A DNA stretch of 64,000 nt from Minisyncoccota bacterium (GTDB taxonomy: Bacteria; Patescibacteriota; Minisyncoccia; Phycocordibacterales; SW-6-46-9): the NCBI GenBank assembly GCA_040905385.1, contig JBBDRP010000002.1, forward strand, positions 395,526 to 459,525, in the 5' to 3' direction. Below, piece by piece: positions 1 through 9,315 of the stretch (position 1 is its first letter; the number at the start of each line of letters is the position of its first letter). The translations under genes and the position numbers were made by a program. Under the pieces are notes generated by a model that saw nothing but the letters and a program-made list of their open reading frames with translations, did no database searches and was not told the origin of the DNA.

Positions 1-115
1 CGTGTTGTATAGGCTGAGTTTGCTTTCACTTGCATTCATACGTCACATTGTATCATTTATGTTGTGTTTATAACCAAGTTGCGATAGGTCGTCGGCTGTG
101 GCAAACTGGTAGGTA

Positions 116-1357
116 ATGACGTTGCCAAAAAGCTCAGCCAAAACAGCCGTTGGAGCAATTTTCTTTTCACTTATTATATTTGGAGTTGGTTTTTACTATG
201 GAAACATTCATGAGCAGGAGTACGGCAATAATGCAAATTTACTTGATTCACGTGAGGTGACACAGGATGATGTTGATTTTGAGGTTTTTTGGGAAGCCTG
301 GAACGTGCTGAACGAAAAGTTTGTATCCCAAAGCGGTACGTCAACTGATGAGCAGTACACAGATGAGCAGAAGCGAGTCTACGGTGCTATTCAGGGAATG
401 ACTCGATCGCTTGGGGATCCGTACACTACCTTTTTGCCACCGTCTGAAAATGAGACTTTTTCCGAGACGATATCCGGTGAATTTGGAGGTGTAGGAATGG
501 AGGTAGGAAACCGGGACGGTATCATCACCATTATCTCACCACTGAAAGGTTCTCCTGCTGAGGCGGCCGGCGTGCAACCAGGAGACCGAATTCTGAAAAT
601 TGACGGTGAATCAACCGAAATAACCTCACTTCAGCGAGCGGTTCAAAAAATCCGTGGTGAGGTTGGCACAGAGGTTAGCTTAACGGTACTACGTGAAGGT
701 GAAAGTGAAACCACAGAAATCACTATTGTGCGTGATTTAATTCAGGTTCCGACTATCCATACTGAGGTTCGGGATGATGCTTTTGTGATTTCACTGTATA
801 ATTTCTCGGCTCAGTCAGCTGAGCTCTTCCGACAGGCCTTGCTCGAGTATAATGTCTCTGGTAAGGATAATCTTGTGATCGATCTGCGAAATAATGCTGG
901 TGGGTTCTTGCAGGCATCGGTTCAAATTGCTAGTTTCTTTGTAGATGAAGGTAAGGTGATTGTGGAAGAAGACTTTGGCAGCAAGCAGGAACCCCGTGTG
1001 TATCGATCACGCGGATACGATCTAGTACCAGAATCAACGAATGTTGTGGTGCTTGTGAATGGTGGAAGTGCCTCGGCTTCAGAGATTGTTGCCGGCGCAC
1101 TGCGTGACCACGGAGTTGCTCAGCTGGTTGGTACGCAGACCTTTGGTAAGGGTTCGGTACAAGAGTTGGTTGATCTGTCTGGTGAGACAGCGCTGAAGGT
1201 GACGGTCGCGCGCTGGATGACACCGAACGGTGTGTCTATCTCTGAGGGCGGGCTGGAGCCGGATGTGGTAATTGAACGGGAGGATGAAGAGGATCCAGAA
1301 GTATACTCTCAGCGACAGATTGAAAGAGCAATTCAGGTGCTGCTGAATGATAATTAA
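116..1357 (+). CDS. ctpA: S41 family C-terminal processing peptidase (PDZ + protease)
   Basis: N-terminal TM; DPYT, GVGMEV PDZ, IDLRNNAGG, SASASEI, TFGKGSVQ motifs. Confidence 0.92.
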   Translation: MTLPKSSAKTAVGAIFFSLIIFGVGFYYGNIHEQEYGNNANLLDSREVTQDDVDFEVFWEAWNVLNEKFVSQSGTSTDEQYTDEQKRVYGAIQGMTRSLGDPYTTFLPPSENETFSETISGEFGGVGMEVGNRDGIITIISPLKGSPAEAAGVQPGDRILKIDGESTEITSLQRAVQKIRGEVGTEVSLTVLREGESETTEITIVRDLIQVPTIHTEVRDDAFVISLYNFSAQSAELFRQALLEYNVSGKDNLVIDLRNNAGGFLQASVQIASFFVDEGKVIVEEDFGSKQEPRVYRSRGYDLVPESTNVVVLVNGGSASASEIVAGALRDHGVAQLVGTQTFGKGSVQELVDLSGETALKVTVARWMTPNGVSISEGGLEPDVVIEREDEEDPEVYSQRQIERAIQVLLNDN

Positions 1358-1377
1358 TACATTAAATAAATACAGAT

Positions 1378-1923
1378 ATGAAGGTAATTCTATTACAGGA
1401 CGTTCCAAACGTAGGAAAGAAATTTCAGGAAGCTGAGGTTGCCAATGGCTATGGCAGTAACTACCTTATCCCGAATGGTCTGGCACAGGTGGCTACAGAG
1501 GAAACCTTGGCCCGTTACAGTGCTCAGCAGGAGGCTGCTGAGGCAGCTCGACAGGAAGCTCGTGAGAAGCTAGCAACAGCCGTGGAGACGATTGATGGTA
1601 GTACTGTTACCATCACCGTAGAGAATGCTGGTGATCAAGGTCAGCTATTTGCTGGTATTTATCCCCAAGACATAGCCGCGGCTGTAAATAAGGAGTTCGG
1701 TGTGGATATTGCCGGTGTGGATATTGACCGAGACGCACCAATCAGCAAGGTGGGGGAGGAAGATGTGACCGTATCAATCCTGGATACGACCGTGACTGTT
1801 ACCGTCGAGGTGACTGCAGATAACTTTACCGATGAGGCTGATCCGGATGCAGATGAGGAGGAAGTAGAAGAGTATGATGAAGATTTCGTTGATGATGAGG
1901 TCGCGGATGAAGAAGAGGAATAG
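1378..1923 (+). CDS. rplI: 50S ribosomal protein L9 with acidic tail
   Basis: MKVILLQDVPNVGK...VANGYGSNYLIPNGLA; D/E-rich C-terminus. Confidence 0.95.
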   Translation: MKVILLQDVPNVGKKFQEAEVANGYGSNYLIPNGLAQVATEETLARYSAQQEAAEAARQEAREKLATAVETIDGSTVTITVENAGDQGQLFAGIYPQDIAAAVNKEFGVDIAGVDIDRDAPISKVGEEDVTVSILDTTVTVTVEVTADNFTDEADPDADEEEVEEYDEDFVDDEVADEEEE

Positions 1924-1959
1924 CACTAGTGGAAAGTCTAAAGTAGAAGGTCTAAAGTC

Positions 1960-1983
1960 AAAAACCGCCGTTAGGCGGTTTTT
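1960..1983 (+). terminator. intrinsic terminator after rplI
   Basis: AAAAACCGCC-GTTA-GGCGGTTTTT. Confidence 0.85.
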
Positions 1984-2055
1984 GTGTTAAATGTGACTAA
2001 TTATAGGGCTATTATAAGAAAAAGGTATGTACTACTTGCCTGCGTAAAGCAGACA

Positions 2056-2309
2056 TGACTACCAAGCGGAGTGAGCGAAACGCAAGTTTACTTGCATGTC
2101 CGAACGGAGCGCCGGGAGGCAGATTGATAAATCTGCTCATCAAACGGAGTGAGCGACATGGTCACTTGTATCCATGTCCGAACGTAGTGCAGAGAGACAA
2201 ATAAATGGCTAATATTCGCAGTATTTGCGAATATTAAGAGTATACTCGGACAAATGTCCCACCATTTATTTGACAAACATTATACAATATGTACTATTAT
2301 AGTCAGAAA
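2056..2309 (+). repeat. promoter-linked structured element, copy 1 (related to 17813-18070 and 31679-31782)
   Basis: TGACTACCAAG-(CGGAGTGAGCGA..CATGTCCGAACG)x2 followed by an IR ending at TTGACA. Confidence 0.85.
2270..2307 (+). promoter_or_regulatory. sigma70-type promoter, CAGA class
   Basis: TTGACA-N16-TACTAT-N6-CAGA. Confidence 0.75.
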
Positions 2310-2398
2310 GTAATAGATAGATCAAATAATGGTCTTTCAAATTTTAACCAAGAGGACGCAAGATGTACTCCTCTCCAAAGCAAAAAAGGTGAAACCGT

Positions 2399-3130
2399 AT
2401 GAAAATTCTTGTTATCGAAGATACTCAAAAACACCTGCAAGACGCTAAAGAATACGTATCAAATCTTGTGAATTGCTCGGTTCATTATGCAACCACACTC
2501 ACAGAAGCCATGGAATTACTCGAGAAGAATGAGTACGATGCCGTAATTTCTGATGTATTCTTTCCTGCAGACAGTGAGTCTGAGGCAGATACATATGAGA
2601 ATGCGCTGACAGTTTCTAAAAAACTGAGAGAACTCGATGTTTACCACGTGTTTAACACATCCTTGCATCACCATGGTTCTGGCTTCGGGAATTTTTTCAG
2701 TGACGCTAAAATCCTTCAGGATTTTAGTCTTGCTAAGATCATTGAGGTATTTCCTGATGTAAATAGCTGGAATGAAGCCGTAAACAGCATCAGTCTAGTA
2801 TCTTACCCATTCACAATAGGGGTAGTTCTTGAGTCAAATATTAGTGGAGAAGAGGTGGATACGAAGCAGTGGGAAGGAGCTTTCCGTCAAGTTATTTTGG
2901 CTATTGAGGTTCGTCCTATTATTCTAGAAAATCGATTCAAGCTTTCAAAAGCACTTAAAAAAGGAAGAGATGGAAAAGGATACGAAGATCTGAATTCTCT
3001 CGTAGAAAAATACTATGGTGGTCCGATAAAAACTAGTTTCCATACCATTTTTGACTATGGACGTACCACTTCAAATTTAAGAGATACTCCAGACCATTTC
3101 CAGAAAATTTTTAAAAAATACAATGCTTAA
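2399..3130 (+). CDS. orphan protein with N-terminal receiver (REC) domain
   Basis: MKILVIED...YDAVISDVFFP; AT-rich; SD-like AAGGTG. Confidence 0.7.
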   Translation: MKILVIEDTQKHLQDAKEYVSNLVNCSVHYATTLTEAMELLEKNEYDAVISDVFFPADSESEADTYENALTVSKKLRELDVYHVFNTSLHHHGSGFGNFFSDAKILQDFSLAKIIEVFPDVNSWNEAVNSISLVSYPFTIGVVLESNISGEEVDTKQWEGAFRQVILAIEVRPIILENRFKLSKALKKGRDGKGYEDLNSLVEKYYGGPIKTSFHTIFDYGRTTSNLRDTPDHFQKIFKKYNA

Positions 3131-3206
3131 AAATTGGATTGTCTAGACCAGAAGATTTGTGGATGATTTCGTAAGAAATCTGTACACAGATTAAACCAAT
3201 AAATTA

Positions 3207-3239
3207 AAGGCGGCAAGATTGAATCTTGTCGTCTTTTTT
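3207..3239. terminator. terminator between convergent genes
   Basis: AAGGCGGCAAGATT-GA-ATCTTGTCGTC-TTTTTT. Confidence 0.75.
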
Positions 3240-3305
3240 CATACCCAAATATTTAGTTTTTAGTCAACCAGCATGGTCAAACGAATAAATGAGGCACAAA
3301 TTTTT

Positions 3306-5276
3306 TTAATCACTTTCTACTAGAGAAAAATCAATCTCCCGATTATCGATGTTGACCTTGGTTAGCTTGACCTTTACTTCATCACCGAGGGTAAAGGTGC
3401 GGCCACTGTCACGACCAACGAGGGCGTAGTTTTCCTTATCCAGCTCGTAGTAGTCATCGTTGAGGGAACGCATTGATACCATGCCATTGGCCAGCGTCTT
3501 CTTCTCTTCGACGTAGAAGCCGCGCTTGGAGATACCACTGATAACGGCCGTAAACTCCTCGCCAATGTGATTCTCCATGTACTCAGCACGCTTGAAGGAG
3601 ATTGAGTCACGCTCGGCATCCATCACCTCACGCTCGCGCTCAGAGGCGTGCTTGGCAGCTGATTGATAGAAGTTGAATTCCTGCGGTGGGACCGGAATAT
3701 CATTCAGGTGCTTGTAGAGCAGGCGATGAACCAGCAGGTCGGGGTAGCGACGAATTGGGGAGGTGAAGTGGGTGTAGTACTCGAAAGCGAGACCGAAGTG
3801 ACCCTTGTTGGTGGTCTCATAAATCGCCTTGTCCATAGTGCGGATTACCTCGGTATTGACGAGGCCTTCTTCGGCCTTACCCTCGGCCTGGTTAAGCAGG
3901 GCGTTAATGTCGCTGTGGGTGATTTCGGCACCTTTCTCTAGCTCGAAGTCGTAACCAAGGGCACGCAGAAAGACTCCAAGCTCAGCAAGCCGGTCGCGGT
4001 CAGGAAGCCCGTGAACACGATAAACAAAGAAGTGACGCTCATCCTCATCCTCGGTCATACGGTGAATTTCCTTGGCAATCTCGCGGTTGGCCAGAAGCAT
4101 GTACTCCTCGACGAGCTCGTGAGTATCCATGTGTTCCTTTTTGGTAATAGACAGCACCGTACCATCATCGGTAATGTCGAACTCGACCTCTTCGCCGTGA
4201 AAGTTGATGGAGCCGTTAGAGAATCGCCGGTTTCGGAAGGTCTTGGCGATGTTATTTAAAATTAGCAGTTCATCAGAGAATTCATCATTTCCTGAATCAA
4301 TCTGTTTCTGCGCCTGTTCGTAGGTGAAGCGCTTGTCTGAGTGGATGATGCCTTTTCCAAACCAGCGATCCAGCACATTTCCTTCTGGAGAAACCGTAAA
4401 TTCAGCCGAGAAGGCCAGGCGATCAAGATTAGGGTTCAGCGAACAGAGATCATTAGAAAGAATCGGTGGTAGCATCGGAATCGTTCGGTCAACGAGGTAA
4501 GCAGAGAAGGAGCGCTTACGGGCCTCGCGATCGATGGCGGTGCCGGGCTGAACAAAGTGGGATACATCGGCGATGTGAACACCGATTTTGTAGTTTCCGT
4601 CCTTCTGCCGCTGAAAGGTGATGGCATCATCAAAGTCCTTGGCGGTTACGGGGTCGATGGTCATCGTGAGGACATCGCGAAAGTCACGCCGCTCGGAGAG
4701 GTCGACGTCGTCCATGCTCCAGTCCTCAAGCTCGGCAGCCTCGGCCATAACATCATCAGGGAAGTCAACTTCGATACCTTTGTCCATCAGAATCGATTTA
4801 ATTTCGACTTCATGATCGCCCTTTGGGCCGAGTACCTCAATAACCTTTCCGGCTGGATTGCGATCCTTGTTAATGTCGCCCCAGTCGGTAATCTCTACTA
4901 GTACCTTGTGACCGTCGGGAATTTCCTCATTCGTACGGACGAAGATGTCCTGGTACATGTGCTTTTTATCCGGCAGTAGGAAGTAGGTGTTGCCGTTTCG
5001 CTGGATAGTACCCACAAACTGTGTGCGAGCCCGGCGAACGACTTCGACAACCTCACCAATCATCAGGTCACCACGGTCATTCTTGATATCCGGTCGAGGC
5101 TTAACTTTTACGGTGTCGCCGTCGTAGGCATTGTTGATGTAGTCGGTCGGGATGACTAGGTCAGCAACATCCTTAACATCCTCTGGGTCGTGGGGAGGGG
5201 TAACGAACCCAACGCCGCTGCCGATGGTGGAGATAACTGTCTCAAATATATCTTCAGAATTTTTTTCTTGTGTCAT
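3306..5276 (-). CDS. rnr: ribonuclease R
   Basis: cold-shock domain, TIDPVTAKDFDDA, HFTSPIRRYPDL, C-terminal S1. Confidence 0.95.
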   Translation of the reverse strand: MTQEKNSEDIFETVISTIGSGVGFVTPPHDPEDVKDVADLVIPTDYINNAYDGDTVKVKPRPDIKNDRGDLMIGEVVEVVRRARTQFVGTIQRNGNTYFLLPDKKHMYQDIFVRTNEEIPDGHKVLVEITDWGDINKDRNPAGKVIEVLGPKGDHEVEIKSILMDKGIEVDFPDDVMAEAAELEDWSMDDVDLSERRDFRDVLTMTIDPVTAKDFDDAITFQRQKDGNYKIGVHIADVSHFVQPGTAIDREARKRSFSAYLVDRTIPMLPPILSNDLCSLNPNLDRLAFSAEFTVSPEGNVLDRWFGKGIIHSDKRFTYEQAQKQIDSGNDEFSDELLILNNIAKTFRNRRFSNGSINFHGEEVEFDITDDGTVLSITKKEHMDTHELVEEYMLLANREIAKEIHRMTEDEDERHFFVYRVHGLPDRDRLAELGVFLRALGYDFELEKGAEITHSDINALLNQAEGKAEEGLVNTEVIRTMDKAIYETTNKGHFGLAFEYYTHFTSPIRRYPDLLVHRLLYKHLNDIPVPPQEFNFYQSAAKHASEREREVMDAERDSISFKRAEYMENHIGEEFTAVISGISKRGFYVEEKKTLANGMVSMRSLNDDYYELDKENYALVGRDSGRTFTLGDEVKVKLTKVNIDNREIDFSLVESD

Positions 5277-5328
5277 ATGTCTATGAGTGTATCACAGTCA
5301 GGTGATTTTATAAGTCGCTTGTATAATA

Positions 5329-5366
5329 TTGACAAATAGACAATATTAGGTAGAATAATAATCAGA
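5329..5366 (+). promoter_or_regulatory. sigma70-type promoter, CAGA class
   Basis: TTGACA-N16-TAGAAT-N6-CAGA. Confidence 0.7.
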
Positions 5367-5394
5367 CTAAATCTTTAATAAAACGGAGAATAAA

Positions 5395-5757
5395 ATGGAA
5401 AAGGAAGTAGCGGTAATACTCACTATTATTGGAGCACTTGCGTATGGAGCAACATTCACTGCCATTCCGGCAATATCATTAATTATGTTTGGGCTGGGTG
5501 TAGTCGTTTCCATATTTGCTGGCCCTGAAGTTTTATATCCTGAAGTCGAGAAAGTTATGAAGATATTTTTTTGGGCCGCACTTGCATCAGTTACGTCCAT
5601 CGTATTATTGTGGATTGATTACTTTGGCGTCACCCAGTATTTCCCACGATCTATGGATTTCTACTTCTATGCCGTCTTTAGCTATGGTTCACTAATTGCT
5701 ATGGGACATTTATTCTATTTTATGATTAAGAAAAAACATACTCATTCTAATGAATAA
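5395..5757 (+). CDS. orphan ~4-TM membrane protein
   Basis: hydrophobic ORF, SD GGAG, own promoter and terminator. Confidence 0.75.
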   Translation: MEKEVAVILTIIGALAYGATFTAIPAISLIMFGLGVVVSIFAGPEVLYPEVEKVMKIFFWAALASVTSIVLLWIDYFGVTQYFPRSMDFYFYAVFSYGSLIAMGHLFYFMIKKKHTHSNE

Positions 5758-5777
5758 ATAATTAATTAAAATCTAAT

Positions 5778-5808
5778 AAAACCGTCCCTGTAACTGGGGC
5801 GGTTTTTT
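5778..5808 (+). terminator. intrinsic terminator
   Basis: AAAACCGTCCC..GGGGCGGTTTTTT. Confidence 0.8.
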
Positions 5809-5883
5809 ATATAGCAGCCTACGCAAAGCTTATAGAGCCTGGTATAGTGTAGATAGAGCCAACCTTCACATAATCCCGATCCC

Positions 5884-6177
5884 ATGGAAACTCTCACCTC
5901 TGTATTCACTGGTGGCTTACTAGTAACATACATCGCATTGATCGCGTATGTCGTGTATCAGTTTGCCGCAACTTGCGCATCCTGTACGTTACGCAATTGT
6001 CTGCATTATATTCTGTCACTATTAACTTTGTTCGCTTTTTTCTGGCTAAGCTCAGGATTGTCCTTAGTACAGGATATTGCGTATCCAGATAAATTCGTTG
6101 CACTCGTCATGCTCACTATCTGTAGCATCATGGCTGGCGCGATTTTTTACATAAAGTATCCACAATTAGAAACCTAA
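5884..6177 (+). CDS. small ~3-TM membrane protein
   Basis: hydrophobic ORF with CxxC-like motif; no SD. Confidence 0.6.
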   Translation: METLTSVFTGGLLVTYIALIAYVVYQFAATCASCTLRNCLHYILSLLTLFAFFWLSSGLSLVQDIAYPDKFVALVMLTICSIMAGAIFYIKYPQLET

Positions 6178-6257
6178 ATCCATGCCACTGTTGGTTTAAC
6201 ACCCCAACAGTGGCTTTTTCTTTGCATTATGTTGTATTTCTGCTATTATTTTCCCAT

Positions 6258-6704
6258 ATGTTACGAATAAGACTTTCAAGAGTAGGCCGAAAACACGACC
6301 CATCCTATCGGATGATTGTGACGGAAAAAGGTCGTGGGCCACAAACAGGAAATTATGTTGAGCAGGTTGGTACGTATGATGCTCGCTCAGACGAGCACAA
6401 CCTGAAGGCTGATCGTATTACGCACTGGATTTCAGTGGGTGCGCAGCCAAGTGATACGGTACACAACCTTCTTCTGAAGGCTGGTGTTATCAAGGGTGAG
6501 ACAGTTAATCCGCTGCCAAAGAAAACGCCGATTGTTTCTGAATCTGACCCCGTAAAGGAATCTGAAGATTCCCACGAGGCAGGAGAAGAAGAGGAAGCAG
6601 AAAAAGCTGATGAAGAATCTGATGACGAAGATAACGAAGCCGTGGAAGCTGAGGAAGATAATGAGGACGACGATACTGACGAAGAAGAGGAGGAAAATCA
6701 GTAG
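6258..6704 (+). CDS. rpsP: 30S ribosomal protein S16 (probably leaderless; acidic tail with repeat insertion)
   Basis: MLRIRLSRVGRKHDPSYR; TATTAT -10 box shortly upstream of ATG 6258. Confidence 0.95.
   Translation: MLRIRLSRVGRKHDPSYRMIVTEKGRGPQTGNYVEQVGTYDARSDEHNLKADRITHWISVGAQPSDTVHNLLLKAGVIKGETVNPLPKKTPIVSESDPVKESEDSHEAGEEEEAEKADEESDDEDNEAVEAEEDNEDDDTDEEEEENQ
6543..6583 (+). repeat. 41-bp palindromic repeat in frame in rpsP
   Basis: 38/41 identical to 14543-14583. Confidence 0.9.
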
Positions 6705-6732
6705 AAAGTCGAAAGTCGAAAGTTGAAAGTTG

Positions 6733-6755
6733 AAAACCGCCTAGGGGCGGTTTTT
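6733..6755 (+). terminator. intrinsic terminator after rpsP, preceded by AAAGTNN heptamers
   Basis: AAAACCGCC-TAGG-GGCGGTTTTT. Confidence 0.85.
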
Positions 6756-6837
6756 GTTTATTTAGAAATGTACCGTATAATGAAACTACAGTTTCGTCGA
6801 AGCTGTGATTAGCAAACCAATCTAGCTGAATCATATT

Positions 6838-7209
6838 ATGGCAGAATCACACGAAGATAAAGATTTTTTAGAATTTACAGTTAAGCATATTGTTGATAAC
6901 CCTGAAGCGGTGAACGTAGATCGAACCGTTGATGAGATGGGGGTACTAATGACACTGGATGTTCACGCTGATGACATGGGAAAGGTGATCGGCCGCAATG
7001 GTAATACTGCCAAGGCGCTACGCACGCTTCTACGGGTCGTGGGAATGAAGAATCAGGCTCGCGTTAACCTCAAGATTCGTGAACCAGAAGACCGAGAGGA
7101 TGCACCCGAAGCACCAGAATCATCTGCTCAAGACGCTGATGAAAAGGATGAAAAAGCGGATGACTCAGATACTTCTGTTGATGATGCGATGGAGGAATTG
7201 AAATCCTAG
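6838..7209 (+). CDS. khpA: KH-domain RNA-binding protein
   Basis: DMGKVIGRNGNTAKALRTLL; rpsP-khpA-trmD synteny. Confidence 0.9.
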   Translation: MAESHEDKDFLEFTVKHIVDNPEAVNVDRTVDEMGVLMTLDVHADDMGKVIGRNGNTAKALRTLLRVVGMKNQARVNLKIREPEDREDAPEAPESSAQDADEKDEKADDSDTSVDDAMEELKS

Positions 7210-7230
7210 TTTCGAAACTTCATCAATAGT

Positions 7231-7259
7231 AAAAGCCGACCTTATTGGCCGGCTTTTTT
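7231..7259. terminator. bidirectional terminator
   Basis: AAAAGCCGACC..GGCCGGCTTTTTT. Confidence 0.75.
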
Positions 7260-7691
7260 ATGTTTATTTGCAGATTCTATAATCCTTCTTTTACCGAGCA
7301 TATACCCAATCCACGCACTCATAATTGTACTCGTAAATATTACAACAAGATAGGCTACAGCTAATTCTTCAAAACGTGAGAAGATATCAATAGGTAAGCT
7401 ACCTAGGAGAAATATTCCTAAAGGACTAAATAGTGCATACGTGGCTAAGCTTATACCCACCCATTGCTGATTTCCATCACTACTGACAAGATAAGCGAAT
7501 ACTGCAATGGAGAAAGCCATGATTAGTATAGAGATTACCGAAATTATAACAGCGATCGTCGTCATCTGTATACTGGTGATTTGAAATAAATCAGGAAATG
7601 CGAATACTTTAACAATTGCAGTGATTAACCAGATAAGAATTATAACTATTGCTGGATAAAAAGAGCCACTATGAGATTTTGAAGTTGACAT
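7242..7691 (-). CDS. orphan ~4-TM membrane protein
   Basis: AT-rich, SD GGAGGT, promoter TTGCAA-N17-TATTAA-N6-CAGA (7762-7724). Confidence 0.75.
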   Translation of the reverse strand: MSTSKSHSGSFYPAIVIILIWLITAIVKVFAFPDLFQITSIQMTTIAVIISVISILIMAFSIAVFAYLVSSDGNQQWVGISLATYALFSPLGIFLLGSLPIDIFSRFEELAVAYLVVIFTSTIMSAWIGYMLGKRRIIESANKHKKAGQ

Positions 7692-7837
7692 ACAACCTCC
7701 GGATTTAAGAGTTAAAGGTAGTTTCTGTCTTTATTAATACCACTAAAATGCTATACTTGCAAGGTACGTGAATTCTCTACAAAATATAGAGGTTCAATCA
7801 TAATTCCTAATTCTTAAATTCTCTATTCAAAATTTCT

Positions 7838-7870
7838 ATGAAATTTTCAATAATTACAATATTTCCCTAA
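7838..7870 (+). pseudogene. 10-codon stub duplicating the trmD 5' end
   Basis: MKFSIITIFP* vs TrmD MQFTIITIFPG; 19-nt exact match CAATAATTACAATATTTCC. Confidence 0.75.
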
Positions 7871-7943
7871 AACAAATTTCTTTGAAATTTGTTCGGGCGA
7901 CGAAATCTTTTAGATTTCGTTTAGCCCAGACTAAAATCAATCT

Positions 7944-8642
7944 ATGCAATTCACAATAATTACAATATTTCCTGGCATGATCAAAGCCTATACCGACGAG
8001 TCGATCCTTGGTCGGGCGCAGGCAGATGGCCACATCCAGGTCGACATCATCGATCCGCGTGACTTTGCTGAAGACAAGCACAACAGTGTGGACGCACCGC
8101 CGTATGGTGGTGGACCAGGGATGGTCATGCAGGCCGAGCCGGTGCTACGCGCTGTTGAGAAAGCGCGTAGCGAGTCGAAAGTAGAAAGTAAAAAGTCGAA
8201 AGTCGTTGTATTATCGGCGCAAGGAAAGCAGTTCGATCGTCAGATGGCAAAGGGTACGGCAACAAGTATTGAGCATCTTATTTTGATCTGCGGGAGGTAC
8301 GAAGGGATTGACCGGCGAGTAATTGAAGCGCTGGAGGCCGAGGAAGTTTCGGTAGGGCCGTACATCCTTACTGGCGGTGAGTTGCCAGCACTGATCATGG
8401 TCGATGCGACCGCTCGGTTTGTATCAGGAGTACTTGGCAATGAGGAGTCCTTGGAGGATGAGCGTAGTGCCGGCACACACGTGTATACCCGACCAGAGAC
8501 CATTACCTATGAAGGCCAGGAGTATACGGTTCCGGAGGTACTAATGAGCGGTCACCACGCCGAGATCGAGGAGTGGCGAGCCCAGCAAGCCCCTCCTTCG
8601 CACAAGGCTTCGGAAGGGCGAAGGAAGAATCAGGAATCATGA
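7944..8642 (+). CDS. trmD: tRNA (guanine37-N1)-methyltransferase
   Basis: VDAPPYGGGPGMVM, LICGRYEGIDRRV, LTGGELPA, SGHHAEI. Confidence 0.97.
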   Translation: MQFTIITIFPGMIKAYTDESILGRAQADGHIQVDIIDPRDFAEDKHNSVDAPPYGGGPGMVMQAEPVLRAVEKARSESKVESKKSKVVVLSAQGKQFDRQMAKGTATSIEHLILICGRYEGIDRRVIEALEAEEVSVGPYILTGGELPALIMVDATARFVSGVLGNEESLEDERSAGTHVYTRPETITYEGQEYTVPEVLMSGHHAEIEEWRAQQAPPSHKASEGRRKNQES

Positions 8643-8722
8643 ATCCCGCTGAAAGCGAGGCTCCCCGAAGGCGGCAAGAAGAAAAGCCGTCTCGAAATGT
8701 ATCGAAACGACTTTAGTTACTA

Positions 8723-9142
8723 TTATTTTTGGAGATTATTTCCAATCCACATAGAGATAATCCAACCTGAAATTGCGTAAAGATTAAATATCAATCCTGG
8801 TAGGTAGTTGGCACCTACACTTGGTAATGTAAAAAGTGCTGCTGGAACCAAAAAGCTGACAACTATAAGATTAATAATTGCAGTTCGAGGTCTTTCTTTG
8901 CATTTCCAAAATCCGATCATTAGAAATGGAAAAGATGCAGTAAGAAGAGAAAAGCTTACAACCACTGGATTCTCTATACTTACGTTAAGAAGTGTGGAAA
9001 TTAATGACTCTTCTACTCCGGTAAGTAGCTGTACTAGAATAAGAAAGAATCCAATCATAAGCCAAGCTACTAGTATTACTGCAGGAACAAGAAGTATCTT
9101 TTCAACGGGTATCAACTGATTTTGTTTCTCGAAAGAAGTCAT
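8723..9142 (-). CDS. orphan ~4-TM membrane protein, probable paralogue of 7242-7691
   Basis: SD AAGGAGGT; promoter TTGCGA-N17-TATTAA-N6-CAGA (9213-9175); shared C-terminal S.WIG..L.K. Confidence 0.75.
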   Translation of the reverse strand: MTSFEKQNQLIPVEKILLVPAVILVAWLMIGFFLILVQLLTGVEESLISTLLNVSIENPVVVSFSLLTASFPFLMIGFWKCKERPRTAIINLIVVSFLVPAALFTLPSVGANYLPGLIFNLYAISGWIISMWIGNNLQK

Positions 9143-9315
9143 AAGACCTCCTTTTTTAAGAGTGAAAGATTATATCTGTATTTATTAATACCACGAAAAT
9201 GATATACTCGCAAGGTAAGTAGGGTTACTTGCATTGGTAATAAAACACCTTCATGATTCCTCATTCTTATCTCTTAATTCTTTCTACTTTAGACTTTTAA
9301 CTTTCTACTAATTTT

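Noticed and set aside
1820-1923. Acidic low-complexity tails as a separate system
   Set aside because: Widespread in this window and consistent with a generally acidic proteome.
6210-6257. Upstream extensions in the ORF track (rpsP, rpsD, rplM, aspS, dnaE, rnhB, 11211, 18364)
   Set aside because: Family homology and promoter or SD position point to downstream ATGs.
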